Shown piece after piece: positions 17,791 through 27,258 of a stretch of 64,000 bases of DNA. Numbering within the stretch: the first letter of the stretch is position 1; every line of letters starts with the position of its first letter. The stretch spans positions 256,001-320,000 of the forward strand of contig JBMNJG010000007.1 in assembly GCA_050951545.1 (NCBI GenBank). Reading direction: 5' to 3'. The notes below the pieces were generated by a model. That model was not told the origin of the DNA. It saw only the letters and a list, made by a program, of their open reading frames with translations, and ran no database searches. Source of the stretch: Limnochordia bacterium. Lineage in GTDB: Bacteria > Bacillota > Limnochordia > DTU080. A program made the position numbers and the translations under genes.

Positions 17791-19995
17791 TTGCCTGACA
17801 CAAAGCTATTGCTGTTTCCGGAACCACAGGAGTGTGAGATCAAGCCGGGGCAGGTGGTACTTGCCACAGGGCAGGTTACTCGCTGTTCCATAGTCTTGGC
17901 AGGGGATGCCTCTGCGATGGAGCGGACAGCTGCACAGATCGTTCAGAAAGCAGTGGCAGAGAAGGCTGGTGGAGTGCCAGTTATCTGCACATCCCAGCCA
18001 GCATCAGATACCGTGCCGATTTGGGTCGGCGAAATTGCCCGTGAGGTCTTGCGTGATGAAGCCTTTGACTTCGCTGCCAGGGCCCAGACTGCAGGTCTGG
18101 ACTCGCCGAGTGGAGAGGCCTACGCACTTGAGGCGACGCCTACGGGTGTGGCTCTGCGCGGTGTCGGTGGGCCAGGCACTTTCTACGCCGCCCAGACGCT
18201 GGCTCAGCTGATCTCTTGCCAGAACAACGAAGTGACGGTGCCAGTGGCCAGTGTGCGTGACTGGCCACAGATGAACCAGCGAGGGCTCTTCGTCGAGTCC
18301 AAGTGGGGTCAGGACCTCATGACTCTGGCAGACTGGAAGGCAGCCATTGATCAGCTGGCCTCTTTGAAGATGAACCTGCTCGGAGTAGGGGTCTACGGAT
18401 GCTGGCGCATCCAGTACGATCTGAAGCCCACTGAGTTCATGCTGCTGCCACTGGAGAAATACCCCGATCTGCATACGCGCAAGACTCTCGATTTCTACTC
18501 GGCGCGCAAAAACGCCTGGCAGTCGCTTACTTACCTGCCGACCATGTATGCAGAAGACTTCTTTGGCGAGGTGGTGGCCTACGGCCGTAGCCGAAACGTT
18601 AAGGTGCGCCCCCACTTCAACAGCCTTGGGCACAACACTCTCATTCCGCGTCTATATCCAGAGGTGTCCGCGAAGGATGCTCATGGCCAGCCACGAGGAT
18701 ATGGGCTTTGCTTAACTAGCCCTCAGACGCGCAAGATGATGGAGGAGATTCTCTGCGAGATCGTGGATCGCTACCTAACGCCCTACGGCGTTGACGATTT
18801 TCACCTAGGTCTTGACGAGGTATGGCCCTTGACGGGTCTGTATGCCTATCATCCTCAACAGAGGGTTGAACCGTGGTGTGAGTGTCCAAGTTGTCGTAAG
18901 GCCGATCAGAATGAACTCTTCGTTGACTATATCCTGGGCTTAGTCAGTGCACTCAAGGCTCGGGGGATCCGCCATGTGACATTGTGGCACGATCAGCTGG
19001 AGCGTATGGGTGTTCTGGATGATTCATTCGTTGAGTTGCTGGAGGAGCGCGGGTTGAAGGATACGATCATCCTCAACTGGTGGCGCTATGCGGTGACTCC
19101 CTTCGAAACGACCAAGCCAGAGCTGGGCCTGCGCCGGAGGGTATCGCCCTTGGGAGGCTACTGGCTCTGGTCACCCTACCGCAACTATCTCGTCAACATC
19201 GAGAGCATGAGTCGCTTGGGCGTGGAGGAGAGGGCCGAGGGCATCGAGGCCTACTCACTGTATGATGAGGCTTTCGATAACCACCAAAGGCTGATTGCAG
19301 ACTGTGGCTGGAACTATGAGTCCGTCGGCTCACTCCCCGAGTGGAAGGAAAAGTACGCGCACTACGTCTTTGGTCCGCAGTGGGAGAAAGGCCTGCAGGC
19401 CATGAGAGACTTTGACGAAGTAAGCGAGTTGGGGTCGACGCTTCTAGGTTTCGTGCAGAAGCTCGACGCCTATGGCTACACCTACGTCCATCCACAGCGC
19501 GCCTACCCCCGCGCCTACCCGCAAGAGGCGTTAGCCGCTCTTCTGGCTGATGAGCAAGGTGCGGAGCGTCTGAAGGCGGCTACGGGGGCAGCTGGACGGG
19601 CTCGTCAGGCTTTTGCCGAACTGGCTGAGACGCGCATTCCGCGCGGTGATATTGCCGCCCAGATGGAAGCCGAAGCGTGGCGGATAGAGGGCCTGGTAAG
19701 GGTTTTTGATAGCCTGGTCAAGGCCAAGGAGGCCTATGAGAGAGCAAGTCAGGCTGGAGGCAATGACGCGGTATGTGAGGCCGTAGCGAGCGCGCGCGAC
19801 CACATCGTCGAGGCTCTGCGTCTCCACCACCGTGTCACCCTCGCCTGCGAGCGGGCGAAGGCCGAATATCTGGTGCCGACGATTCTGCGCAACTGGAGCA
19901 CCATGCTGCCATTCCTCGACCAGACGCTAGCTGCGCTCGAGGCATGTCTGGCTGGGGCACCACTGCCGGAAATCAACTGGACCAACGTCGAGTAG
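17791..19995 (+). CDS. GH20-like glycoside hydrolase (hexosaminidase fold)
   Basis: GH20b-like N-terminal domain (EAYAL..GTFYAAQTL..VRDWP..RG), FNSLGH, catalytic FHLGLDE, CECPSC insert; no signal peptide. Confidence 0.75.
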   Translation: MPDTKLLLFPEPQECEIKPGQVVLATGQVTRCSIVLAGDASAMERTAAQIVQKAVAEKAGGVPVICTSQPASDTVPIWVGEIAREVLRDEAFDFAARAQTAGLDSPSGEAYALEATPTGVALRGVGGPGTFYAAQTLAQLISCQNNEVTVPVASVRDWPQMNQRGLFVESKWGQDLMTLADWKAAIDQLASLKMNLLGVGVYGCWRIQYDLKPTEFMLLPLEKYPDLHTRKTLDFYSARKNAWQSLTYLPTMYAEDFFGEVVAYGRSRNVKVRPHFNSLGHNTLIPRLYPEVSAKDAHGQPRGYGLCLTSPQTRKMMEEILCEIVDRYLTPYGVDDFHLGLDEVWPLTGLYAYHPQQRVEPWCECPSCRKADQNELFVDYILGLVSALKARGIRHVTLWHDQLERMGVLDDSFVELLEERGLKDTIILNWWRYAVTPFETTKPELGLRRRVSPLGGYWLWSPYRNYLVNIESMSRLGVEERAEGIEAYSLYDEAFDNHQRLIADCGWNYESVGSLPEWKEKYAHYVFGPQWEKGLQAMRDFDEVSELGSTLLGFVQKLDAYGYTYVHPQRAYPRAYPQEALAALLADEQGAERLKAATGAAGRARQAFAELAETRIPRGDIAAQMEAEAWRIEGLVRVFDSLVKAKEAYERASQAGGNDAVCEAVASARDHIVEALRLHHRVTLACERAKAEYLVPTILRNWSTMLPFLDQTLAALEACLAGAPLPEINWTNVE

Positions 19996-19999
19996 GCAT

Positions 20000-21109
20000 C
20001 TATGCCAAGAGGGTGTGCAGCGGCGTACAAGGTAGATTGTGCGCCGCTGCTACACTTGCGTGTACTACGGCACCCCCAAAGACATTCACGCCCTTTGCCA
20101 GGGTAGGGCTCTGTCGCAGCGCGTCGAGTCCCTGATCAGCTAGCTCAATCACGTACCGTTGCGTGGCGTTGGCTAGGGCGAACGTGGAAGTGCGAGGGAC
20201 CGCCCCCGGGATGTTGGAGACCGCGTAATGCACGACACCGTACTTGATGTAGGTGGGTTCTGAGTGCGTGCTGGGGCGATCGATCGTCTCGATGCAGCCC
20301 CCTTGGTCAACGCCCACATCGACAATCACGGAGCCGGGCCTCATGGTGCGTACCATGGCCTCGGTGACGAGACGCGGTGTGCGGGCACCAGGAATCAGAA
20401 CCGCTCCTACCAGGAGGTCGGCGTAGCTCACCGAGCGTTCGATGCTCTGACGGTTAGACATGACCGTGGTGAGGTTCCCGGCAAGTACATCCGCGAGGTA
20501 GCGTAGTCGGTTCACATTCAAGTCAAGCAGTGTCACGTGTGCTCCCATGCCCAACGCGATGCGGGCCGCGTTGGCACCAACCGTGCCGCCACCAAGGATG
20601 ACAACTTCAGCGGGCGGCACACCGGGTATGCCACCCAAGAGAACCCCTCGTCCACCATGTCCTTTCTCCAGATATTGTGCGCCTATCTGAATCGCCATTC
20701 GGCCAGCAATCTCACTCATCGGGGTGAGCAGCGGCAGTTCGCCGCTTGGCAGCTGCACAGTCTCGTAGGCGATGGCTGTCAAGCCTGTTTTCATGAGTTG
20801 CTGTACGAGTCGAGGTGCAGCGGCGAGATGCAGGTAGGTGAACAGAATCTGGTCTTGCCGCAGAAAGCGGTACTCCTCAGGCAAAGGCTCCTTTACCTTG
20901 AGTATCAGATCGGCGCTCCAGGCCTCGCTAGCAGTGGCTAGCGAGGCCCCAGCAGCAGCGAGCTCCTGGTCACTGACGCCACTTCCAAGTCCAGCACCAG
21001 CTTCTACCACGACTTCGTGTCCCCGTTGTGTCAGCTCTTCAATGACTGCGGGAGTGAGTGCCATGCGGTTTTCCTGATCTTTTATCTCCTTAGGCATGCC
21101 GACGACCAT
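20000..21109 (-). CDS. ald: Alanine dehydrogenase
   Basis: PKEIKDQENR, FTYLHLA, PMSEIAGR, VDQGGC, NIPGAVPRTST. Confidence 0.97.
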   Translation of the reverse strand: MVVGMPKEIKDQENRMALTPAVIEELTQRGHEVVVEAGAGLGSGVSDQELAAAGASLATASEAWSADLILKVKEPLPEEYRFLRQDQILFTYLHLAAAPRLVQQLMKTGLTAIAYETVQLPSGELPLLTPMSEIAGRMAIQIGAQYLEKGHGGRGVLLGGIPGVPPAEVVILGGGTVGANAARIALGMGAHVTLLDLNVNRLRYLADVLAGNLTTVMSNRQSIERSVSYADLLVGAVLIPGARTPRLVTEAMVRTMRPGSVIVDVGVDQGGCIETIDRPSTHSEPTYIKYGVVHYAVSNIPGAVPRTSTFALANATQRYVIELADQGLDALRQSPTLAKGVNVFGGAVVHASVAAAHNLPCTPLHTLLA

Positions 21110-21193
21110 CTGGTTCCCTCTCTCTCACGGTGACGGTTGCTGTGTTACATCCGAACTTCAATTATTCCACCGCGAAAGGCGATCCCCTGCGCC

Positions 21194-24100
21194 TTATTCA
21201 GTACGGTATCCGGTGAGTATCACCTGGCCAATCTGCACGGCCTCTTTCGGTAGGGCATCAGAAAGCACAAAGCGGAACCAATGTAGGTTGGGCTCATCGC
21301 AGAAATCAAGGGTGACCCTGGCTCGTCGCCAACCATGCTCACCGTCGTCAACTTCTGCTTGGTAGGCAACCGTTCGCCAATCGTCACCAGTAGAAGAGAC
21401 CGCTAGTTCGAGTGCTTTGGTGAGGTCGGTCTCCAGGCGTATGAATAAGGTCATGGTGACTTGTATCAGTTGCGGGGTCTCCCATATCAAGTACTCGGTG
21501 GTATCAGTGGCTCGCACCAGTCGTTCGGGGTCGCCAAAGAAATGCTCGCTATTGTCTGTTGCGTAGGCCCATCCGGCGGAACGTCGCTCTGTCTGCAAGA
21601 AGTCAACCTCACCGAACCACCCTTTTGTTACAGGTGGCGTCATGTCTTGCTCAAGTGTCCAGTGATTCCACACCTGGAAATCTACCGTGTGCTGGAAGGT
21701 GCCATGCTGCTCATGTACTGCTGCTATGGTCAGCGAGTGCCGCCCATCGTCTAGTTTCGTGGTGTCAATGACCACCTCGCCTTGGGCGGGTAACGCAGTC
21801 CCAGTATAGAGGGGCTCATCGTCGTTCAAAGTGAGCGTGACCGTCTCAAGCCCAGCCGCTACTGAGGGGTTGACCCATTCGAGGTTTACGGGAAGGAGGT
21901 CGGTCGCCACGGCACCGGTACGGGGTGAATGGGCGTTGATGCGCATAGGAGGATGCCCGAAGACCCGTAGGACCACCGGAGCGTACTCTGCTCGCCAACC
22001 GATGCTCGTCGTCTCTGTTGCGGAAGTTTGGATGGCAAAGGGCACTAAGGTGTCATAGTTCCATTCATCGCGGGGGGGAATGGCAGAGGGAGCAAGAAGC
22101 CCGGCCACCCCTTGGCGAGCGGTCTGCAAAAGATCAGTGCCGATATCCTCTTCCGTGAACCCACTCGCTAGCAGATAGGAAAGCCCGTAGTAGTTCCCTA
22201 GTGAGGGATTGCTTCCAGGTGGGATGCCGTGGGCTTGGAGGCTTGCACGTATTGCCTCCAGGTAAACGGGATCGTGGGTGGCTTCGTGGAATTCTATCAG
22301 CGTCGGAATACCGTTGGTGGGAAGACGGAAGTTACCCATGTAGAGGGCTGCGAGTCCGCTCAGTTGAGCGTTGGGGTCAAGATTGCCCCACATATCCTCT
22401 GGTTTGGTTGCCGAAGTGCCACGTGTTTCCCATGCCGAAGCCGCTTCGTCCAGGAGGGCTCTTGCTGTCCGCAGATCACCGCTGCTATGAGTCTCCATGT
22501 AGCGGTGAATCCACGCCGATGCGGCATATGCCGAGCCACTGCCTCCCTGTCTCCCTGCGTACGCTCGTACTTCCTCCAGAGCATCCGCAAACCGTTCATG
22601 ACCAGTGAGCCACTGCGCAAGATAAAGACCGCTACTCGGGGTGTACTGCATCTGGACAGAACCGCTCCAGTGATCTTTGTTTCGTCTGTGCATACCACCC
22701 GTCTCGGCAGACCAAGGGGCGAAAAATGATCCATGGGTCACATCAATATCCGCCACATGAAGCGCATAGTCGAGGGCCGCCAAGGCTATGTCCCGCTCCT
22801 CAAGCAGCAAACCTGTAAGCCACATGCCATAGTAGGGTTCTGCCGCGCCTTTTCGCCAACCGTAACGGCCGTGCAAGGCCCAACGTCCAGGATGCAGGCC
22901 TCGTTCCGGGTTACTCCCCGTGGAGAAATTAGTACGGATGTCGCCAAAATTGGCAAACCCATTCCAGCGCCAACGGTCTCTGGAGGCCAAAACGAAGTGA
23001 ACATTGGCGTTCAGGCCTGCGAAGTACTCCCCATTGCTCTCAAAGGTGTCCGACGACAGCGGGCCCAGACTACCTGTGGTGACTATGTCTTGCTGTGAAG
23101 GTAACCACAGAGTATCTCGCTGAGCCTCAAGACGGGCCAACGCTGCTGCGTCATCGGCACTTTGTCCCCACACAAGGCTACTCTCCATGGTGCGCATAAG
23201 ACCCACGGCGCTGGCGTTGACATCGCTGGCCGCCATGCCGAATTCGTCTAGTGTGGCCGTTGAGCGCAAGTCCAAAGCATAGCCCGAGTGATCGCTCCAG
23301 GAGGCTAGCACAATGGAGTTCTCGTTGATGCTCATGTGGTTGGGGCCAAGGCGTGTGAAACTTGGGGCGCCAATACCGATGTAGCGCGCCGGGGGTGCTC
23401 CACTCTTGGCATGCGCGTTGACCAATCCGACTCGTCCATCGCTAGTTTCGACAAGCGACACATCCCACATCGAGTCGGGCGATTCGCTCTCAGCGACACG
23501 GTCTGCTCCATGAAGCACCAGACCACGACCAGTTGGGTCTGACTGAGTCTCCACGGGTCCAGATGACAGGTCAAAGCGCGGGGTTACATCAGGCACACTT
23601 GCTGTTGTGAAGGGCACCGAGAAGCTGGCCACCCATGCGGCCTGTGTCAGTGCGTATTTCTCTGGATCCCAATGTAGACCCCAGGCCATCTGTAAGCGGA
23701 TCACAGGGATGTCTCGGTAGATACGCACCCGAAGCTGCCATTCGACTCCGGCACCAGGGAGCGCTGCACCTCCGTCGCCCCGCAGTCTGTACACAGTGAA
23801 CAGATCGTTATCTTGCTCAATGACCTGCTCGCGAATCCTTAAGCTTAGGGGATGGGGGAGACCCTCTTGGTTTACAGCTTCCAGAGGTTCTGCCCAGGCA
23901 TACTGGCGCTCGTCGTCGGGAACTGTGTCAGGCAGGATGTGCTTTGGTTCGATGATGTCGATGTATGCGGCTTGGGGTGTGAGTATGGCTACAGTCTGCT
24001 CATCCCTACCGAGCAGATGTACTTCGCCCTCACGCACGACAAGCGAATCGACGGGAGGTAGAGGACTCTCAGTGATGGTGTATCCCGCAGGCATAGTCTC

Positions 24101-25210
24101 GTCGAAATGGACGGGAACGCCTCCATCTGGGGCGATATCAAGCGGTAGATGCTGAGGCCACACGCCATCTACGGTAAGCCAGCGGATGCTACCATCGGGC
24201 CATAGGGCTGCGGGCGATACCAAGGCCGGAATGCATTTCTCTTGCCCATGACGTAGGCCGCATGTTGCATCAGCGAGCTGCGAAGGATAGAGTTCGCCCT
24301 GAGAGATAGGGAGAGCCTGGTAAAAGGGGATGGCCAGGGCACGCTCTTTGTGTGTGGTCATTGCTTCAACCGTAGGTCGCAGGTGTCCTTCCCAGTCCAA
24401 ATGACGAGGCACTCCATCTCCACTTGCAGTGAATGACACTTCACGGGGAGGGGGGCCCGGTACCTCGGCCGGCGGCCCCACGGCGTGGGACGGTATTTCA
24501 TCCTTCAGGGTCCACACTCTGAAATCTCCATACAGCATCTCTCTGGGCTCCTGTGGGTTTGCCTCAAGTCTCATGATGAACTGGGTGTCTGCCCACGAAT
24601 CAATGGGTCTTCTGAACGGAAGAGGCCCGGCGACTGGTGTCTCCATGTCATTCAGATAGACGAAGGCTTCACCGCTCTCCCGGTTGGCTACCAGACGAAC
24701 TCGGTTCCAGCCTTCCTTGAGCTCCGCAAGCGCCATCATTGGCCCATCGGGCTTGTAGAGCAGTTTCTCGCTGTACGTGGGTAGAATGATCCGGTGGCTG
24801 TTGTGTTTCGTTACATAGTGGTAGATCCCGTTTGATCCGCCACGCCAGTTGAATTGGTATTCGATCGCAATGGTATGAGCGGTTTCGGCGGCAGGCCCCC
24901 ATAGAGGGGTTCTCACGATCACCGCCTGTGATGAGCTAGCCTCGGGCCCCGGAGGCGCAATGACACGCACGGCTCGCCCTGAGGCTAACCGAGGTTCGGA
25001 GATCACCTCCACTTGGCCGTACTTGTCGTCGACAGTCCACCCCGCCGGAGAACTCCCGATGTCATCGTCGGCAAAGGCGTCGGCGAAGAGCAATGCGTGT
25101 GGTCTCTCGCATTCCTTAGTCACGGACTCCTGAGCGGCTAGGCTGTGATTAGTGGCCGCGACAACCGCTGTCATGAACAGCACGATGGTCGCTATCTTTC
25201 GATACTCCAA
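21194..25210 (-). CDS. Large secreted multidomain protein with an exo-rhamnogalacturonan lyase (PL26/PcRGLX/YetA)-like core
   Basis: TTG start after GGAGGTG; signal peptide; WPDGSIRW, RWRWNGFANFGD, RYGW, HVADIDVTH, HWSG; Ig-like C-terminal module. Confidence 0.6.
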   Translation of the reverse strand: MEYRKIATIVLFMTAVVAATNHSLAAQESVTKECERPHALLFADAFADDDIGSSPAGWTVDDKYGQVEVISEPRLASGRAVRVIAPPGPEASSSQAVIVRTPLWGPAAETAHTIAIEYQFNWRGGSNGIYHYVTKHNSHRIILPTYSEKLLYKPDGPMMALAELKEGWNRVRLVANRESGEAFVYLNDMETPVAGPLPFRRPIDSWADTQFIMRLEANPQEPREMLYGDFRVWTLKDEIPSHAVGPPAEVPGPPPREVSFTASGDGVPRHLDWEGHLRPTVEAMTTHKERALAIPFYQALPISQGELYPSQLADATCGLRHGQEKCIPALVSPAALWPDGSIRWLTVDGVWPQHLPLDIAPDGGVPVHFDETMPAGYTITESPLPPVDSLVVREGEVHLLGRDEQTVAILTPQAAYIDIIEPKHILPDTVPDDERQYAWAEPLEAVNQEGLPHPLSLRIREQVIEQDNDLFTVYRLRGDGGAALPGAGVEWQLRVRIYRDIPVIRLQMAWGLHWDPEKYALTQAAWVASFSVPFTTASVPDVTPRFDLSSGPVETQSDPTGRGLVLHGADRVAESESPDSMWDVSLVETSDGRVGLVNAHAKSGAPPARYIGIGAPSFTRLGPNHMSINENSIVLASWSDHSGYALDLRSTATLDEFGMAASDVNASAVGLMRTMESSLVWGQSADDAAALARLEAQRDTLWLPSQQDIVTTGSLGPLSSDTFESNGEYFAGLNANVHFVLASRDRWRWNGFANFGDIRTNFSTGSNPERGLHPGRWALHGRYGWRKGAAEPYYGMWLTGLLLEERDIALAALDYALHVADIDVTHGSFFAPWSAETGGMHRRNKDHWSGSVQMQYTPSSGLYLAQWLTGHERFADALEEVRAYAGRQGGSGSAYAASAWIHRYMETHSSGDLRTARALLDEAASAWETRGTSATKPEDMWGNLDPNAQLSGLAALYMGNFRLPTNGIPTLIEFHEATHDPVYLEAIRASLQAHGIPPGSNPSLGNYYGLSYLLASGFTEEDIGTDLLQTARQGVAGLLAPSAIPPRDEWNYDTLVPFAIQTSATETTSIGWRAEYAPVVLRVFGHPPMRINAHSPRTGAVATDLLPVNLEWVNPSVAAGLETVTLTLNDDEPLYTGTALPAQGEVVIDTTKLDDGRHSLTIAAVHEQHGTFQHTVDFQVWNHWTLEQDMTPPVTKGWFGEVDFLQTERRSAGWAYATDNSEHFFGDPERLVRATDTTEYLIWETPQLIQVTMTLFIRLETDLTKALELAVSSTGDDWRTVAYQAEVDDGEHGWRRARVTLDFCDEPNLHWFRFVLSDALPKEAVQIGQVILTGYRTE

Positions 25211-25360
25211 CCTACGGCACCTCCATCTGTATCCCCATGGCTGGTAGTGGGCAGCCACCCGGCAGATGGGAGCGCCCATTTCTGGACATTTCTTCTACCA
25301 GACTCAGCCGATGACCTCTATCGGGGGGGCCCATCATCTTCGCAGCACTGAGCGCACCCA

Positions 25361-25396
25361 GAAACAGAAAGGGCGGACCCACAGGGCCGCCCCTCT
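25361..25396 (-). terminator. Rho-independent terminator
   Basis: AGGGCGG..CCGCCCT stem followed by TTCTGTTTC on the minus strand. Confidence 0.65.
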
Positions 25397-25414
25397 GCTG
25401 TGTCAGTACAGAGA

Positions 25415-26278
25415 CTAGACTGGGGTCTGATCCGGTGGCATGCAGCGCAGGACTTCGGCAGGCACGGCGATAATGCACTCACGCGCAATCACGACGCTGA
25501 CCTGCAAGACGATCTTGAGCCTTAGCGTCACCGCTGATCCTGATGCACCTGGTGGACAGGGCACAGGCGTCCCTGACACGAGAAGCGCTTCTATTTTCGA
25601 GAACTCTTGAATGTGGTCTCCAGGCCTGATGCCAGGAATGTCATGGACCGTTTGGAACGGTATCGTCACCACTTGGGGGACGAACTTGCGCGCATCCGCA
25701 CAGGGGTTGGGATCAGTATCGTCAACGATGAGTTTCGCCCGAACAAAGCCTTCGTTGATGAGCTTGTTCTCGATGACTGTGGAGCCGAGTACGGGGTCGC
25801 CAATGGGTTCCAGGCGTATCGGATGCGTCAACTTACCAGTCGAATCGGTGCCGACCCCCACGGGTGCTTCGATGGTGAATGCACCCACCTTCTGAACACG
25901 CTCCTCAGCGATCACGACGAGAGTCTTGATGTGCACCCGTCGGTCGCCATGCGGTGGACGTGGTCTTTTCCTGTGCCGATCGCCTTTTTCGCGATAGGCT
26001 CGCTGGTCATCTGGTTCGCCGTACTCCCTGTGGTAGGGGCGTCCGCTGTAAACCTCATCGTCGCGATCAACAGGAGAGCAGTCGTGGTCGTGGTCCTCCT
26101 CCATGGGTGGGCCAGCGCGACGCTCTCGGAGGCAATGATGTTGAGCACGGGGATCTATAGGTCGGCCGCAGTCCATGCAAGTAGGACTGCGCGGCAGCAC
26201 AGAAGCCTTCCTGCGTGGCTCAGGTTCATTGTCGGCCGAGCTTGAGTAGCCCCATGATCCCCATGAGCCCCATGTCAT
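25415..26278 (-). CDS. Putative spore-coat protein: low-complexity N-terminus plus SPOCS/DUF3794-like domain
   Basis: RBS GGAGG; C-terminal domain paralogous to the upstream gene (VQKVG..KLINEG..IPFQ....PG.RPGD). Confidence 0.55.
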   Translation of the reverse strand: MTWGSWGSWGYSSSADNEPEPRRKASVLPRSPTCMDCGRPIDPRAQHHCLRERRAGPPMEEDHDHDCSPVDRDDEVYSGRPYHREYGEPDDQRAYREKGDRHRKRPRPPHGDRRVHIKTLVVIAEERVQKVGAFTIEAPVGVGTDSTGKLTHPIRLEPIGDPVLGSTVIENKLINEGFVRAKLIVDDTDPNPCADARKFVPQVVTIPFQTVHDIPGIRPGDHIQEFSKIEALLVSGTPVPCPPGASGSAVTLRLKIVLQVSVVIARECIIAVPAEVLRCMPPDQTPV

Positions 26279-26305
26279 GTTATTTCGACCTCCCTTCCAC
26301 TGGCG

Positions 26306-26824
26306 CTAACAGAATGGGCGTGCTGCATCGACCCGCAGGATGGTTTCTCGCCCTACCACAACACAGGTCTTTACGACTACCTTGAGTATCAGGTGGAGTC
26401 TGAAAGTGCACATATCACCGTTCAGCAGTTGGATGGGCGACAGACTGAAACCCTCAACCTGGAAGTCGTGCTTCTGCAGCACGTCGCCCGGCTCTGCACC
26501 GGGACACTCCAGCACAGACTGGAATGGTATCTCCAGAAGCTGAATCACCACCTGGCCATCAGCCAGCAGTCTCACGGGGACAACACCTTGGTTGATCGCC
26601 TTGCCAGGCAAGATCGTCACGGTTCGCGTCTGGGGACTGCCGGCCAACTCTAGAGTCACCTTCTGCTTGAGCTGACCGCTCTTGGTGTCAAAGATGATGC
26701 CGGGAGGCGCGGGAATGGTGAGATCACCGATCTCCTGTACCGTTTCCCGGCACACGACTGCGAGGACTTTCACCTCTTCCTTCTGCTCCGGTGCACTTGC
26801 GATAGAAACACGGTCGGTTGTCAC
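26306..26824 (-). CDS. Putative spore-coat protein, SPOCS/DUF3794-like
   Basis: GTG after GGAGGTG; VQEIG..KAINQG..IPFQSVLECPGAEPGD. Confidence 0.55.
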   Translation of the reverse strand: MTTDRVSIASAPEQKEEVKVLAVVCRETVQEIGDLTIPAPPGIIFDTKSGQLKQKVTLELAGSPQTRTVTILPGKAINQGVVPVRLLADGQVVIQLLEIPFQSVLECPGAEPGDVLQKHDFQVEGFSLSPIQLLNGDMCTFRLHLILKVVVKTCVVVGRETILRVDAARPFC

Positions 26825-26858
26825 AGTGGAGGACACCTCCCAAGCTGCGTTCGAGTCC

Positions 26859-26886
26859 AGGATATGAGTCCTAAGAGTGAGGGGTG
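26859..26886 (-). promoter_or_regulatory. SigK-like promoter
   Basis: CACC-16 nt-CATATCCT on the minus strand, upstream of the coat-like genes. Confidence 0.6.
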
Positions 26887-27258
26887 ATAGGAGTGGATTC
26901 CCGAGATAGTCGCCGACTTGGGCAAGGCAATAGCGGTGCCAGACAGGACAGGCGCCTTGCGGGGCGGATAGGATGAATCTGTGGGCGGACGAACCACGCT
27001 CACAGGTCGAGGCAAAGCGACAGATGAGGAGGGAGTCGTCCGACTTGCATGAGCCTCTGTGAGGGGTGCACGAAAAGAGGGCTACCGAGAGGTACTCCCC
27101 GTCAGGAGAGTTTTCGATTCCTGCCAGAGGAATCGCTATCGGTGCCCTCAGTGAGATCCTATCCAGGTTGACAGTATCTTATACCTGAGTGATCGTGCTT
27201 GCGGCGACATTCTGGTGTCTTGCTGCTGTGAGCGAACGCTCACTGATCAATCATGACC

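Noticed and set aside
27049-27171. 40-codon plus-strand ORF (MSLCEGC...) after a G/A-rich stretch
   Set aside because: RBS spacing is too long and there are no recognisable features.
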